DNA of 64,000 nucleotides from Octopus vulgaris (taxonomy: Eukaryota): the NCBI GenBank assembly GCA_951406725.2, contig OX597826.1, positions 74,028,001 to 74,092,000 of the forward strand, written 5' to 3'. Position numbers and translations under genes: made by a program. This document shows positions 13,583 through 27,479 of this stretch, piece by piece (the stretch's first letter is position 1; the number at the start of each line of letters is the position of its first letter). The notes beneath the pieces are model-generated. The model saw nothing but the letters and a program-made list of their open reading frames with translations. It searched no databases and had not been told where the DNA came from.

Positions 13583-16500
13583 CCACAGACACATGTACCC
13601 TTAACCTAATTTTCAGATAGATTCAGCATGACATGGAATGTGACAGGGCAGGCTGGCCCTTTGAAACATAGTTACAACTCCAACTCATTTTTGTCAGCTG
13701 AGTGGACTGGAGCAACGTGAAATAGTGTCTCGCTGAAAGGGACAATGCACCACCCAAAACTGAACTCACAACCATACGATTGTAAACCAAACATCCTAAC
13801 CAATAAGCCGTGTGCCTTCACAATTTACTCTTAATATATTTCATTAAAGCTAGTCACAACAGAAAATTAATTATTAATGTATTCATATTTCTTTCAATAC
13901 AAATTATTTAATCATACAAAGTGTCTAAATACACAAGAAAAACATCATAAAATATCAAACAAGTCCTAGTGTTTGAGTGGTCAGCATTAAAAAGGTTGAT
14001 CAGCTGTGAACTACTCCAAATAATTGATCTTTTCTTTTTTTAGTTTACACAAGTTGTAAAGCAGACTAATATGAATAAAACACACAGAGGAGACAAACAA
14101 GGACAGACAGACTGATTAAGTTGATTACATCGACCCCAGTGCATAACTGGTACTTATTTAATCAACCCTGAAAGGATGAAGGGCAAAGTCGACCTCGGCG
14201 GAATTTGAACTCAGAACGTAGCGGCAGACAAAATACCGCTAAGCATTTCACCCGAGTATGTATGCAATGAATTTGCATTGTTTAACATTAACACTTAGGA
14301 ATATGAGTAGCCGTGAGGTCAACTGACCACACCGCCATAATTTCATATCTTGTTACACTATTACAATGATTTGCTGCATGCCCCCCAACCACCATCACCA
14401 CCACCACCAAACAAGGCGTATAAATCTGCTTGCTCTAGTTCACCCACTAAAAATAGTGCTGGATAACAAACAACCCCCACTGTAAAAATAGTTACTTCAA
14501 AACACCCAGTAAAGAAAGCAAGCATGCATATAATGCATATATATATATATATGGTCTATCGATCAATTATTCGCGGGATCATAAAAGGTACTTCATCCAA
14601 TGACAGATAAATACCATTTAATAAGCACAGAATTTAAATATGAACTACTAAAAGTTTCATGCTCTGATAAAACAATTATAATGCTATCATGCAAGGTTTC
14701 AAGGCTCAAAATAAAACAGTCATACAAATGGTTTCACATGTTGAATATATATCTAAGAGAGGGAGAGTATATTGATGGTGTGTGTAGAAATTTGAATTAA
14801 CAATAGGAAAGCCTCCTCGTGAGAAATTTAATATTAATACTGATTTAAAAATAAGATCAACAGAAAATGAAACTGGATTGAGCAAGTAGTGAGCAAAATA
14901 GAATGTAAAAAAAAGGTTGTTTTAACAAATAAATTACGTGAAATATAAGATGTGTAACATATCTGAGTTTTATTAAATTGAATTTACAATTTTTTCTACA
15001 AATTTTTAGCGTATTATTTATAGCATGTGGATACAAACTGTAGCAGCAAATATGAGGGTGGAAACCCCTCAAAAAAAAAAAAGAAAAATACACAACACTT
15101 AATTTCCAACAAAACAGAAAAGATAGTAAATGAGAAAATATAAATATATTCAAGAAAAAAAAAATGCAAAGATCATTACAGCCACAACATTTTAAATAAC
15201 ATTCTAGATGTGATAGAAACAATAAAACTAGCATTTCAACATTTGGCATGGATTAGATGGATTGATACAATCCAAGCCAGTTCTTGCTGGATGCAACAAT
15301 GCATGTTTCAGTTTTAGTTTAGCTTCTACACTGAATGTGCATTTTATCACAGCACCAGCACTAAAGAGGTTGCCATATCCTCAGCAAAACAAAATAAAAA
15401 GGTCCTCTCAATGCCATGTGTTCTCCACTCATCTGCCAACCACTTTGCAGTGTGCTGGGAACATATTATCTTGGCACCAGCACTAGAGAAATGTCAAGTC
15501 CTCGACAAGTTGGGGAAAAAAAGGGACCTCTTGACCCTACGATTTTCCCCATGCATTTATTAACCACTTTATACAGTATACTAGGTGCTATTTATCAGGG
15601 CATTAGCAGAAATAGTTGCCTTGTATAATTTAATGGTGAAAAGTACTTTTAGTGATAGCAGAACAGCCAGAATAAACAGGTGAAGGGAAATAGATTCATT
15701 CATTGTTCAACACCCATTTTCCAAACTGGCATGGGTTGGACGGCTTGACTGAGGTCTGGAGAGCGAGCGGCTGCACCAGGCTCCAATCTGGTCTGGCATA
15801 TTATAATGATAAAAATGGTGGAAAAGAAGAGACAGAGATTGGCTAATGGTGAGAGTTAGAGGTTAAGGGCAGAGTGTACAAACAGGCCCAGTGTAGACTC
15901 TTATACAAGAGAACAATGGAGGGGGAGGGAGGTTGTTAGACTCCCTACCGTCTGAGGTGAAACAAATGGCAAGAGTGACAGGAGTGGAGAGATATGTGGT
16001 TGAAGAAATGAGCAATAGGGAGAAGGATAATGAGAAGACGAGAGACAATTAAAAGAAACCTAACACACAAATGAAAATTACTCTTATTGATATTAGAGAA
16101 ATCTTTGAGCAAGAGGAATGATCAAGATATTGACCAAGTTGGTAACTTAATGGAATAATATCAATTTCCAATTTTAACTATTGAAATAGAATTAAACAGA
16201 GAAAAAAAGAGAGGGAAAAAAAACCTCCATTTAAAATGAGAAGTAAATGTTATCCATCTGCCATACTTCTTATTAAAATGATAGTTTAACATAGACAACA
16301 TGCATTATGTAACAATGATAGATCAATCACATCGAACGGCTCATCAATTCAGCTGTCAGCATTCATGGTTTGGGAAATTGGATTTCATCAAAGCCTGGTC
16401 TACCAATTGTTTACCTAACTCCAATATACACACACACACACACACATCATTGTGTGTTATATTATAATCTCATGATACCAGGCAACTCCAAAAATACATC

Positions 16501-17009
16501 ATGAGAGTAAAATCCAGTTCCAGAACATTAAAAGTCACTCTTAGCAAATCTACAACTGGAGATTAATGAAATTAGCCAAATGTTTCAAGAGCCTCGAAAA
16601 AGCTTTACCCTGATTCAATAATGTTTTACAACAAACAATTCAAAACAAATGTCTTTTGTATAAAAAGATAAACGCTTATTTAAGCTGATGTAGCACAACA
16701 AAAATAGATTAATTCATGACTATAGAGCAACATAAGTCTGAATACACCAAACAGTTTATTTATAGATCTAACACATATCACTAATCCTTTTAATAAATTT
16801 CAATTAATCAAAACGCTTTGCCTGGCTATTACTTTCACCACATTAACTTGATAAACATTATGGCAGGCAAACTGGACGGAACAGTATGGGACTGCTAGCT
16901 ATCTTACAATAAGTCCAGGGATTTGAACTCAGATGTGAAGGACCATAACTAAATACTCCAAGGCATGTTGTTTGCCACTCTCCTCATACTGCCATCAACT
17001 TGCCCGTGT

Positions 17010-17850
17010 TTAACTCTTTAGTATTCACGTTACTGTCAAAAGCAATGTTTATTTATTCACATTGCTTTCGATTAATTATGCCTTATCTTGTAGCTATGAG
17101 ATTTCATGTGTGAGAAGACTCGGCAAGCCAAATGAGACCATAATCTCGTGGTCTATGCCAGGGGCGTTATCAACCCACTTATGCGTACGTTTCCTTCACT
17201 GGACACTAAAACTCTGCTTGCGAAGACCTGTTGAGGCAAGTGAAATCAAAAATCAAAATCAAATTCGATGACTGGCATCCATGCTAGCGGGGTGCAAAGA
17301 GCACCATACGAGTGTGATCATTGACAGAGCAGCTAACCGGCTTATATGCCAACAGCACTTAAAAGGCACCATTCGAGCGTGATCGTTACCAGTGTCGCAG
17401 TGGCTATCTGGCCTCCGTGCTGTTGGCACGTAAAAAACACCATTCGAGCAGGATTGTTACCAGCATTGCTTTACTGACACCCGCGCCGGTGGCATGTGTA
17501 AAAGATTTGAGCGAGGTTGTTGCCAGTGCTGCCTGACTGGCCCTGTGCCGGTGGCACGTAAAAAGCACCCACTACACTCTCAGAGTGGTTGGCGTTAGGA
17601 AGGGCATCCAGCTGTAGAAACTCTGCCAGATGAAGATTGAAGCCTGGTGCAGCCATCTGGTTCGCCAGCTCTCAGTCATACGTCCAACCCATTCTAGCAT
17701 GGAAAGCGGACGTTAAACGACGATGATGATAACTTAATTTTTAGAATGACATTGTAGGGTAGGTGGGAGAAATCACATCTGGCCTGTTTAAACATAAAAC
17801 CGGTAGAATATTTTGGCTGGATATGACTGGTTTAAATGCTAAAGGGTTAA
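17010..17850 (+). mobile_element. TTAA MITE family 2 split by a SINE-C insertion
   Basis: MITE 5' half to about 17106; 3' half from about 17730 to CTAAAGGGTTAA. Confidence 0.8.
17107..17729 (+). mobile_element. SINE-C: (GAT)n-tailed RTE-type element with internal tandem units
   Basis: GTTGGCGTTAGGAAGGGCATCCAGCTGTAGAAAC...GGACGTTAAACGA(TGA)n. Other copies at about 1-165, 19893-20251(-), 22350-23032, 25214-25510(-), 36213-36484(-), 46502-46830(-), 51182-51495 and 55786-56027. Confidence 0.85.
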
Positions 17851-19029
17851 ATAACTTAAAAGGCTAGAATGGAAAACAGATGCTGATAATAATAATAAAA
17901 AAAAGCTTTTATTCACTTAGAGAAACCTAATAAATTTAATCATTATCATTAAACAATTACAAAAATATTAATAATGAATTATATTAGCTCAGATTAATTC
18001 TCAAAATATACAACAGAAAACAGAAGTGTTTTAGTAGTACCATACTGAGAAAATTACACATCTTTTAATTCATCCTGTCCAAAACCGAGAAAATTTAAAT
18101 AGCCTTAACATGGAATAAGTCAGCAACATACTAAAAAAATAAAGCTTATGAATCTAATTGCAAAACCAAAGTTTTTGTCATCATTGTCTGACATCCACTT
18201 ATCCATGGGTCAGATGCAATTTATTGAGACAGGTTTTCTAGGGTCAGACACATTTCCTGTCACCAACCCTCACTCATTTCCAAGAAAAATAATATTTCTC
18301 CCCACAGCCACAATGTTATTCATGGATGATTGAAAATGAATGAGACTGCTTGTATGACAGGGGTGCTCGTTTACAATCATCACATGGTGTCAAAGGCAAG
18401 GGTGTACACAAACACATAAAATGGGCTTCTTTTAGTTTCTGTCTACCAAATCCACTCACAAGGTTTTGTAGGCCCATGGTTATAGGAGAGGACACTTGCC
18501 CAAGGTGCTGCACATTGCTAAAAATTATAAAAGCAAACTGAATTATATGTATGAGGGAAAATCTCAATTTTTTTTTTTTTTTTTAGATAAAGGTGGTTAA
18601 CAAGTTTGAAAAGTTAACATAAATAAAAATGAAATTCTATAGTTATGAGGTATTTAACAGCATAAAGTGTTTGTGTGCAACACAAGGCCTAGAGACAAAA
18701 ACAATATTGGTACTGAGAAGTCAAAAACAAGCAAGCTGTTTTCAGTAGAAGTAATCTTCAGATTTTTCTCTAGGTTACTATATATATATATATATATATA
18801 TATTAATTATCCAAGTAATTTTGTTCACAAAAATTCTAATCAGCATTTAAAATAATTTAGATTCTAAATGTAAAATCTGTCTTTTCATTACTGTTTATGC
18901 TAACTAGCCTTTGGATCAAGAGACGGACATCAATGTTCTTACATCGGTTCACGTAGTTAGCAACAGTGCATGCATAAATACACACACACATTATATATAT
19001 ATATATGAACAAAAAAAAAAAAAAAAAAG

Positions 19030-19500
19030 AGCGCAACAGGCAACAAAACATTCAGACAGACGATACAAAAAAATGACAAGGAAAAACAAGGACGGGTCAT
19101 TCGGAGCTTTCAATCTTCAGTTGAGTATCAGATCATCTTTGCAGTTTCGGCCGGTTAATCTTGAGACTGCTCTAACCTGGCCGGTACCAAGAAAATCTAA
19201 GCTAAGAGCACTAGATTCTTTGGAAGAAAGCAAACGAATGAATACAAGAACAAGGATGGAAAAAAAAAAAAAAAATTGGAGAAATGGTACACAATTACAA
19301 ATACAAACAACAGGTGTCTTTCAACTAAAGATAAATTAAGCTGGCATGTGTGAGTGTAAAAATTAAACACAAAGGTAAAAAGAACAGAGTGTATTAGGTT
19401 TACGCTCAGGAAAAATAGAAGGAAAAGCCTATTGTTTTGAGCATACACAGAAAGAAAAGCCAGGGAGGGGGGTTAGAGAGAGAAAAGAACAAATGTTGAT
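19030..19500 (-). mobile_element. Probable Penelope-like terminal-repeat fragment beside a (TA)n tract
   Basis: CpG-retaining foreign segment next to (TA)n/poly-A, with a degenerate CTGAAGA...GAA motif; family assignment is inference. Confidence 0.35.
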
Positions 19501-20293
19501 TAGATGGTCACTGAACAAAATACTCAGATGATGAGGCAGAAAAACAAGACAAAAATCATTTCATATTTAAGAGTATATAAGAATCACTTTAGTATGTACC
19601 ATAAATGCAACAGAAAGTTTGCACTAGGAGAAACAAGAATTCTTGCAAAGATGTTTTACTCTTTTGATATCAATCTAACACTATCCCTGCTGTCAATGGT
19701 ACAAACTTTCTGATTTGAAGTGATCTAAATTAAAAGCTTCCATCAAAAATTCCATGGTGATTTCCGTTCCAAGCACTAGCTCCAACTTATTTCCCTAAAT
19801 TCTTCATTATTTTCAAATCAATTGAGACAAAAACAGTGCATTTCAACAGAAACAGGATAACAAAATGGTTAAGTCTTTCAAAAAGATTAACTCATCATCA
19901 TCATCGTTTAACGTCCGTTTTCCATGCTAGCATGGGTTGGACGGTTCAACCAGGGTCTGGGAAGCCAGGGGGCAGCACCAGGCTCCAGTCTGATATGGCA
20001 GTGTTTCTACAGCTGGATGCCCTTCCTAACGCCAACCACTCCGTGAGTGTAGTGGGTGCTTTTTATGTGCCAGAGGAGGCTGGCAACAGCCACGAATGGT
20101 TGGTGCTTTTTACATGCCACCGGCATGGAAGCCAGTCAAGGCAGCACTGGCATCAGCCACGTACGGATGGAGTTTTTTAGGTGCCAGGGTAGGCTGGCAA
20201 CGGCCACAAACGGTTGGTGCTTTTTATGTGCCACCGGCACGGAAGCCAGTCACATAATAAATTTCTTCAAATTACCATAGCTTGAAAGAAATA

Positions 20294-21529
20294 TTGGGTT
20301 GGCAAGAAAGTAATTTCGTTTTTGTCAATGTTATGATTTTTTCCTTTTGACATTTGATAGCCGTTACTTTAGAAGCGAATTGCACGTAATTTTGTTTACA
20401 GCTGTTAGTTCTGTGTCACTTTTAACATGGAGTGCAAAGACGAACATTTTCACCATATTTTTTTTTAAATTTCTGTAAAGGCAAGAAAGCTGTTGAAGCC
20501 CACAAAGAGAAATGTGAAGTTTATGGTGTTGATTGCTTAACAGAATGCACATGTCAGAAACGGTTTAAAATATTCCATTCATCTTTGAGATTTTTCACTC
20601 AAAGATGACCAACATTCTGGTCGACCTACTGAAGTTCACGATGACCGAATCAAAGCCATAATCGAATCCGATTGTCATATAACTGTGCGAGAGATTGCAG
20701 AGAGGTTAAATGTATCACACAAAACAATTGAAAATCACTTTAAATGTCTTGGACTCGTTAAGAAGCTTGATATTTGGGTTCCACATAAATTGAAAGAGAT
20801 TCACTTAGCACAATGAATCAATATTTGCAATATGCATCTTAAACACAATGAAATTAACCTTTTTTTGAAACAAATCGTCACTGGTGATGAAAAATGGAAT
20901 GTCTACAATAACATCAATCAGAAACAATCATGGTCCAAGTGCAATGAACCAACCCAAACCACATCGAAGGCGGAATTGCATCAAAAAAAGATCATGCTGG
21001 CAATTTGGTGGGATTACAAAGGTGTTGTGTATTTTGAGTTGCTTCCAAGGAACCAAACAATCAATTCAGATGTTTATTGTCAACAACTAATGAAACTAGA
21101 GGAAGCAAAGAAAAATGGCCAGAACTGGCAAATCATAAAGGAATCATGTTCCACCATGACAAAGCTAGACCATACATATCTTTGCAAACTTGTGAAAAAT
21201 TATTGGAGCTTGGTTGAGAAGTGATGTCCCATTCACCATATAGCCCTGACTCTACACCATCAGATTACCATTTATTTCAAAGTTTGCAAAATTCTTTGAA
21301 TGGCAAAACTTTCAATAATGATGATAACTTGAAATAGCACATGCTTCATTTTCTGGCTGATAAGGACCAGAAGTTGTATGAGTGTGGAATCATGAAGTTG
21401 CCAGAAGGATGGCAAAAGGTCATCGAACAAAATGGAAATATATATAATTGATTAAGGTTCATTCTTTGTATGAAAAAACAACTTTTATTTCACACTAAAA
21501 AAACCGAAACTACTTTCTTGCCAACCCAA
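20294..21529 (+). mobile_element. Full-length defective mariner transposon, mellifera-subfamily-like
   Basis: TIRs TTGGGTTGGCAAGAAAGTA / TACTTTCTTGCCAACCCAA with TA on both sides; about 1.24 kb. Confidence 0.95.
20427..21455 (+). pseudogene. Mariner D,D34D transposase pseudogene
   Basis: Motifs MECKDEHFHHI, WVPHKL, IVTGDEKW, MLAIWWDYKGVVYFELL, HDKARP, YSPDSTPSDYHLF, YIID*; several stops and frameshifts. Confidence 0.93.
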
Positions 21530-23752
21530 TATAATCAATTAAACTAAATTTAGTATATAATCGGTACACCAGCTGTAAAACCCAAGAAAATGAAATGCAA
21601 CATTTGATCTCTACAAAATAACACAAAGAAGCTCAAAGACCAAATACAAAGAATGTCATACAAATGCATCTTCTTCAAAGACTGATTCCAAATCTAACGA
21701 TCTGTACAGTAACGTTTGCAAAACAGATGGATTTATGAATTTGAATAATCTGCTTCAGGCACCAATTGGGAAGGCACACTCACAGAAATAAAAAAAGCAT
21801 TCATCAGATAAAATATTTTCTCATTTTTTTTTTTAATTATATTTCTAAATAGGTATGTAATTTGTATTTGATAAAAATGTCAAAAAAAAAAACCCCTTCA
21901 ACAACACATGTAAATGTGTAATAAGAGTTATCTGAGTAATTTTTTTATGTGGATGGGGAGGAGTTTGATGAAATGAGACATTCTTTGAACATGTTTGTGA
22001 ATAACAAATGAGATGAAAGTTCTCAGATAATCCAATCCAAGAACTCCATTATCTTGTTAGAGATTGCAGAAAAAAAAATCTGATTAAATTTAGGACAAAA
22101 CAATTATATTCTTTTGACTATTTGGTACAAAGCCAGCTTTCTGTTAAACAACCAAGCAGAGTGGAAAAAAAAAAAAATAAAAATAAAAAAGCCATTAAGA
22201 TGTTCAGCAGTTCCCAAATTATGACCCAAAGCAATTTAAATCTATGCTGATTCTTCATAATTATTTCCACAATGGAAGAAAGCACATTAAAATTTAAGTC
22301 TTCCATCTTAAATAATGTTGAAGAAATGGTCAGATATTTTGGAAGCATGAGTTACTTGGTGATCTCACTAGTGCAGGTGCTGTGTAAAAAGCACCCAGTA
22401 CATTCAGTGAAGTGGTTGGCACTGAGAAGGGCATCCAGCAATAGAAACCACAGAAAGTCCTCTGGTTTGCTGGCTCCCTTCATCTAACCCATACCAGCAT
22501 GGAAAGTAGAAGTTAAACACTGCTGATGATGTGGTGAGTAAAGAGTGTATATTAAGTGAGCACCATCTGAGCGTGATCATTGTCAGAGCGGCTAACCGGC
22601 TTCCATGCCGATGGCATGTAAAAGGCACCATTCGAACGTGATCGTTACCAGCACCTGTGCCAGTGGCATGTGTAAAAAGATTTGAGCGAGGTCGTTGCCA
22701 ATACCACCTGAATGGCCCCCGTGCTGGTGGCACATAAAAAGCACCCACTACACTCTCGGAGTGGTTGGCGTTAGGAAGGGCATCCAGCTGTAGAAACTCT
22801 ACCAGATCAAGATTGAAGCCTGGTGCAGCCATCTGGTTCGCCAGCCCTCAGTCAAATGGTCCATAAAAAGCACCCACTACACTCTCGGAGTGGTTGGCGT
22901 TAGAAAGGGCATCCAGCTGTAGAAACTCTGCCTGATCAAGATTGAAACCTGGTGCAGCCATCTGGTTCGCCAGCTCTCAGTCATACGTCCAACCCATGCT
23001 AGCATGGAAAGCGGACGTTAAACAATGAGGATGAAAGCAACAATGAAAACATAATCTGAGTGTGCAAACTGTATTGGTGCAACTAACAGTAGAGCCAACT
23101 GTCTTGTTTAAGATAGTCATTAGTGCTAACAGCAGATCATTCATAACTTGATACCTTGAGAATAATGTGAGTGGAATTCACTTTGTATGTATCAGCAACT
23201 AGCAAACATGCATTGGCTATTTAGAATGTGCTGTGTGAGTAAACGGATCATTAGCAAAATGAAAAACAATTTACGTTAGAGATTTCTCAAGGTACACAGT
23301 GTAAAGATAGAACAAGTAAAAAGATTGTGGAAGGTTAGTAGACTGGCCAAAGGAAATTAGATAAGGATTTTAGGACATCAAATTTAACACTTCCATATGC
23401 CACACACTGTCAAATGTAATACATGTTTACCAAAAAAAAAATAAAAAAATTCATGCATCATCTCAAAGCTTCAAGATTTTTATGTTTATTTTGTTGTTTT
23501 AGAATGACATTGCAGAGTAGGTGTGAGGCGGGGGGTCCAGCCAGTCTGAACATAAAACAGGTAGAATATACAGGCCAGGCATGGGCCGTTTAAACGCTAA
23601 AGGGTTAAATTAGTTTAACCCAGTATTTTCTGTGTTGTTACATTTCAATAAAGTTTGCCATTCTCAACTAGATTGGAAGTGTCTGTAGTACAGCAGCACA
23701 TTTTGCTTCTGGTCACCTCTGTGAGTCCCTTTCAGGCCAGTTATTTCTTTTA

Positions 23753-24148
23753 CTAGCAGTATCACCCGGAGTTGCTCGGGTTTGTTTCGACCCTTTAGAA
23801 TTGGAATTTTTGAAAAGTAAAAATTTTGCATTATGTAGCTTGTTATTCTTTTTAAGTGAACATTTTTCTGGTTGAAATACACCAAAAAATGGCGACACAG
23901 CAGTAAAAAAATCGTAGAAAATAAGGATTTTCATACAATAAAAAAACACCTTTTTGATGTAAATAATTTTTGGTGTTAACATGGTCCGATTTGTATTTTT
24001 TCTTCTACGGAAGGAAGAGCAAGCCTTCTTCTATCGTACTCCAAATTTTGGTCAACTTGCGCCGCAGGGTCTCGGAGGAGATAGTGTTAGTTGAAGGCTA
24101 CCAAATCTGCCATACACAGACAACTTCAGCTTTATATGTATAGAGAGA
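23753..24148 (-). mobile_element. Non-autonomous Helitron
   Basis: Minus strand begins TC(TCTCTATACATATAAAG) and ends with hairpin CCCG-AGCAACTC-CGGG then CTAG; inserted between A and T with no TSD. Confidence 0.85.
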
Positions 24149-26191
24149 TTGGTGATGTGAATTCTATTTACATTAAACTTTATTGATTAGATATCAATAG
24201 ACAATCACTAATTCAAATATGAATTGATGAAGAGTCCTGGGTGACAGTAACAGGAAAAAACCAATTTTATCAAAGACATGATGCATCTGAGATGAGTAGG
24301 GATCTGCCATACTGCAGACTTATTCAACTCATGGCAGCAGAGAAAACTGAACATTAACATGATGAATTACAAGAGCAACCATAGAAGCTGATGGACCACT
24401 TATTTGTGATTTAGATAGGTGCAGGCATGGCTGCATAGTTAAGAAGCTTGCTTCCCAACAATATGGTCTTGGGTTCAGTCCCACTGTGCAGCACCATAGG
24501 CAAATATTTTATTACAGTCCAGGGCTGCCCAAAGCCTTGTAATTAGATTTGGCAGATGGAAACCGAAAGATGTTTATTTGTGTGCACATATATCATTTTT
24601 ATATATGCTTTTGTTTGAACCCTTGCCTTGACATCATGTGATGGCTGTAAATGAGCATCTCTGTCATACATGCAATATTGTTCGTTCCCAGTCTTCTGTG
24701 GGAAACATCTGGCCCAGGGAAATATCTTACTTGCCAAAAGGTGAGGGCTAGCAACAGGAAGGGAATCCAAATGTAGAAAGCCTGCCTCAACACTGTCTGA
24801 CTCATGCAAGCAAGAAAAATGGGAACGTTAAATAATGATGTATTCTAGAATTAATATTATCCTTGATCAAGAGACCAAATTTTTCTAGCCTCACTCAATT
24901 CTAGATTAACTCCTTAGAATTCAAATCATTCTATCAAATCTAATGCTTAGATATTCACATTGTTTTGAATTATCATGCATTATCCCAGAGCTTCAAGGTT
25001 TCAATGATGTGATTGTTTATCTTTAGAAAGACACCTGTCTGCCACAGCAGAATTGAAACTGGTGCTGGTGTCACATAAAAAGCACCCAGTACACTCTGTG
25101 GCATGGTTGGTGTTAGGAAGGGCATCCAGCCATAGAAACCATGCCAAAACAGACACATGGAGCTTGGTGCAGCCCTCAGGCTTACCAGATCCTGTCAAAC
25201 TGTCCAACCCATTCATCATCATCATCATCGTTTTGCGTCCGTTTTCCATGCTAGCATGGGTTGGACGGTTCTACTGGGGTCTGTGGAGCCAGAAGGCTTC
25301 ATCAGGCCCAGTCAAATCTGGCAGTGTTTCTACGGCTGGATGCCCTTCCTAACGCCAACCACTCCGTGAGTGTAGTGGGTGCTTTTTACGTGTCACCCGC
25401 ACAGGTGCCAGACAGAGCTGGCAAACGGCCACGAACGGATGGTGCTTTTTATGTGCCACCGGCATGGGGGCCAAGCGAGGCTGGCAACGGACACGAACAG
25501 ATGGTGCTTTTTCAGCATGGAAAACAGACGTTAAATGATGATAAACGGTAGGTGCGAGAGGAAGGATCTTTTTGGTTTGAACATAAAACAGGCAGAATAC
25601 TTGAGCTTGTTTACATGTTAAAGGGCTAAAGATGATGATCCAAAATGATGTAAAGCTGTTAAAAGGTAGAAAAACTGCCATAAAAACAAACTTCAATAAC
25701 TGAACTATATTACAGGACCCATTTTTAATGCTATTTCCAATCTTTATTTAAAGCTATTGTTAAATGTACATCAGTTGTTACCTAACCCAAACTAGAAATA
25801 ATGAGAGCAAGGTATGATAATTTTAGAGATGATCTAGTCCTCCCACCAACCAAGTTTCAGTGGTTCTTTATCAAAGAAATTCTATTCTAGCAATTCTTGA
25901 CTCTCCCATCATTAAGGATTTTTAACATTCCTCTATTCTGACCTTCAAGGGCCCACACAGGTTGTAAGATCTTTAGCAAATGCTAGGAACTAAATAGCTG
26001 TAACTGATAAAAACTACTTTTTCTAAGTGAAAACTGAGAGAAATAAAAAAGTAGGATGCAATACAGCTTGTTTAAAACCCAGCATTAAATAAAAAAACTT
26101 AATAGGGTTGCTTTTATTTAAAAAAAACAACAAATAAATTCAAATATCCTAAAAATGTCACATTAATTGTAAATGTGGCATAATTGTAATA

Positions 26192-26590
26192 GGTGTAGGA
26201 GTGGCTGTGTGGTAAGTAGCTTGCTTACTAACCACATGGTTCCAGGTTCAGTCCAACTGCGTGGCACCTTGGGCAAATGTCTTCTACTATAGCCTCGGGC
26301 TGACCAAAGCCTTGTGAGTGGATTTGGTAGATGGAAACTGAAAGAAGCGTCGTATATATGTGTATCATCATCATCATCATCGTGTGTATATGTTTGTGTG
26401 TCTGTGTTTGTCCCCTTAGCATTGCTTGACAACCGATGCTGGTGTGTTTACGTCCCCGTAACTTAGCGGTTCGGCAAAAGAGACTGATAGAATAAGTACT
26501 AGGCTTACAAAGAATAAGTCCTGGGGTCGATTTGCTCGACTAAAGGCGGTGCTCCAACATGGCCACAGTCACATGATTAAAAAAAAAAGT
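26192..26590 (+). mobile_element. SINE-A
   Basis: Full-length homology; central tract contains (ATC)n. Confidence 0.9.
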
Positions 26591-27479
26591 GCAAGTGACC
26601 TAGTGGCTAAATGCATTACTTAGGAATAAAGGTTCTGACTTCAAATCTATTCCAAAACTATGTAAACATCTTGGAATAAGATATCTGATAACCAGAGACC
26701 AAGCAGATTGCAACATGGCCATCATCATCATCATCGTTTTAATGATCGCTTTTCTCTTAGTCAGACGCAATTTGTTGAAGCATGTTTTTTGACAGCCAGA
26801 TGCCCTTCTTGTCATCAACCCCTACCTCCCTACCTGTTCCAACCAAAGTAATTTTGGCCCCATGGCTGGACAGGCTTTCATGGAAGATTAGAAATGAATG
26901 ACAACTTGTTTGATGAATGCACTCATTCACAACTATTGTGCAAGGTCAAAACAAGACACCAAAACACACACACGACAGATTTCCAAGGTGCCTTTTGTTA
27001 GGACCGAACATGAAATTGTATAGTTACTCTGCGAAATGTAAGGCTTATTCCTTTCACATTGTTTTCAATTAATCATGAATTATTTTGTTGCTCTGAGATA
27101 TCAACGACGAGATTGTTTACTTTTAGAATGGCATTGGAGGGTAAGTGCGAGAGAGTAGACTTGGCCAGTTTGAACATAAAGCAGGTAGAATATTTGGGCC
27201 AGACAAGGCTAGTTTAAATGCTAAGATATAAATATTAAAACAAGTTACACAGTAAAGTTGAGATTCATAGTTTCATCTCTTAGAATGAGGCATACTGAAT
27301 GAGAAAGCTTCTTGGAGTTAATAGCAACTATGATGATGACACAGTGTACAGTCAAGATGTAAGTGAGACAAAATCTTAGTCACACAGTTCTCAAAACTAA
27401 GAACAAATGGTGAAAGCAAAACTGCAGTATTTCACTTTGTTTTTTTGTTTTTGTTTGGCAGAGCCTAGAGGAAGATGCA

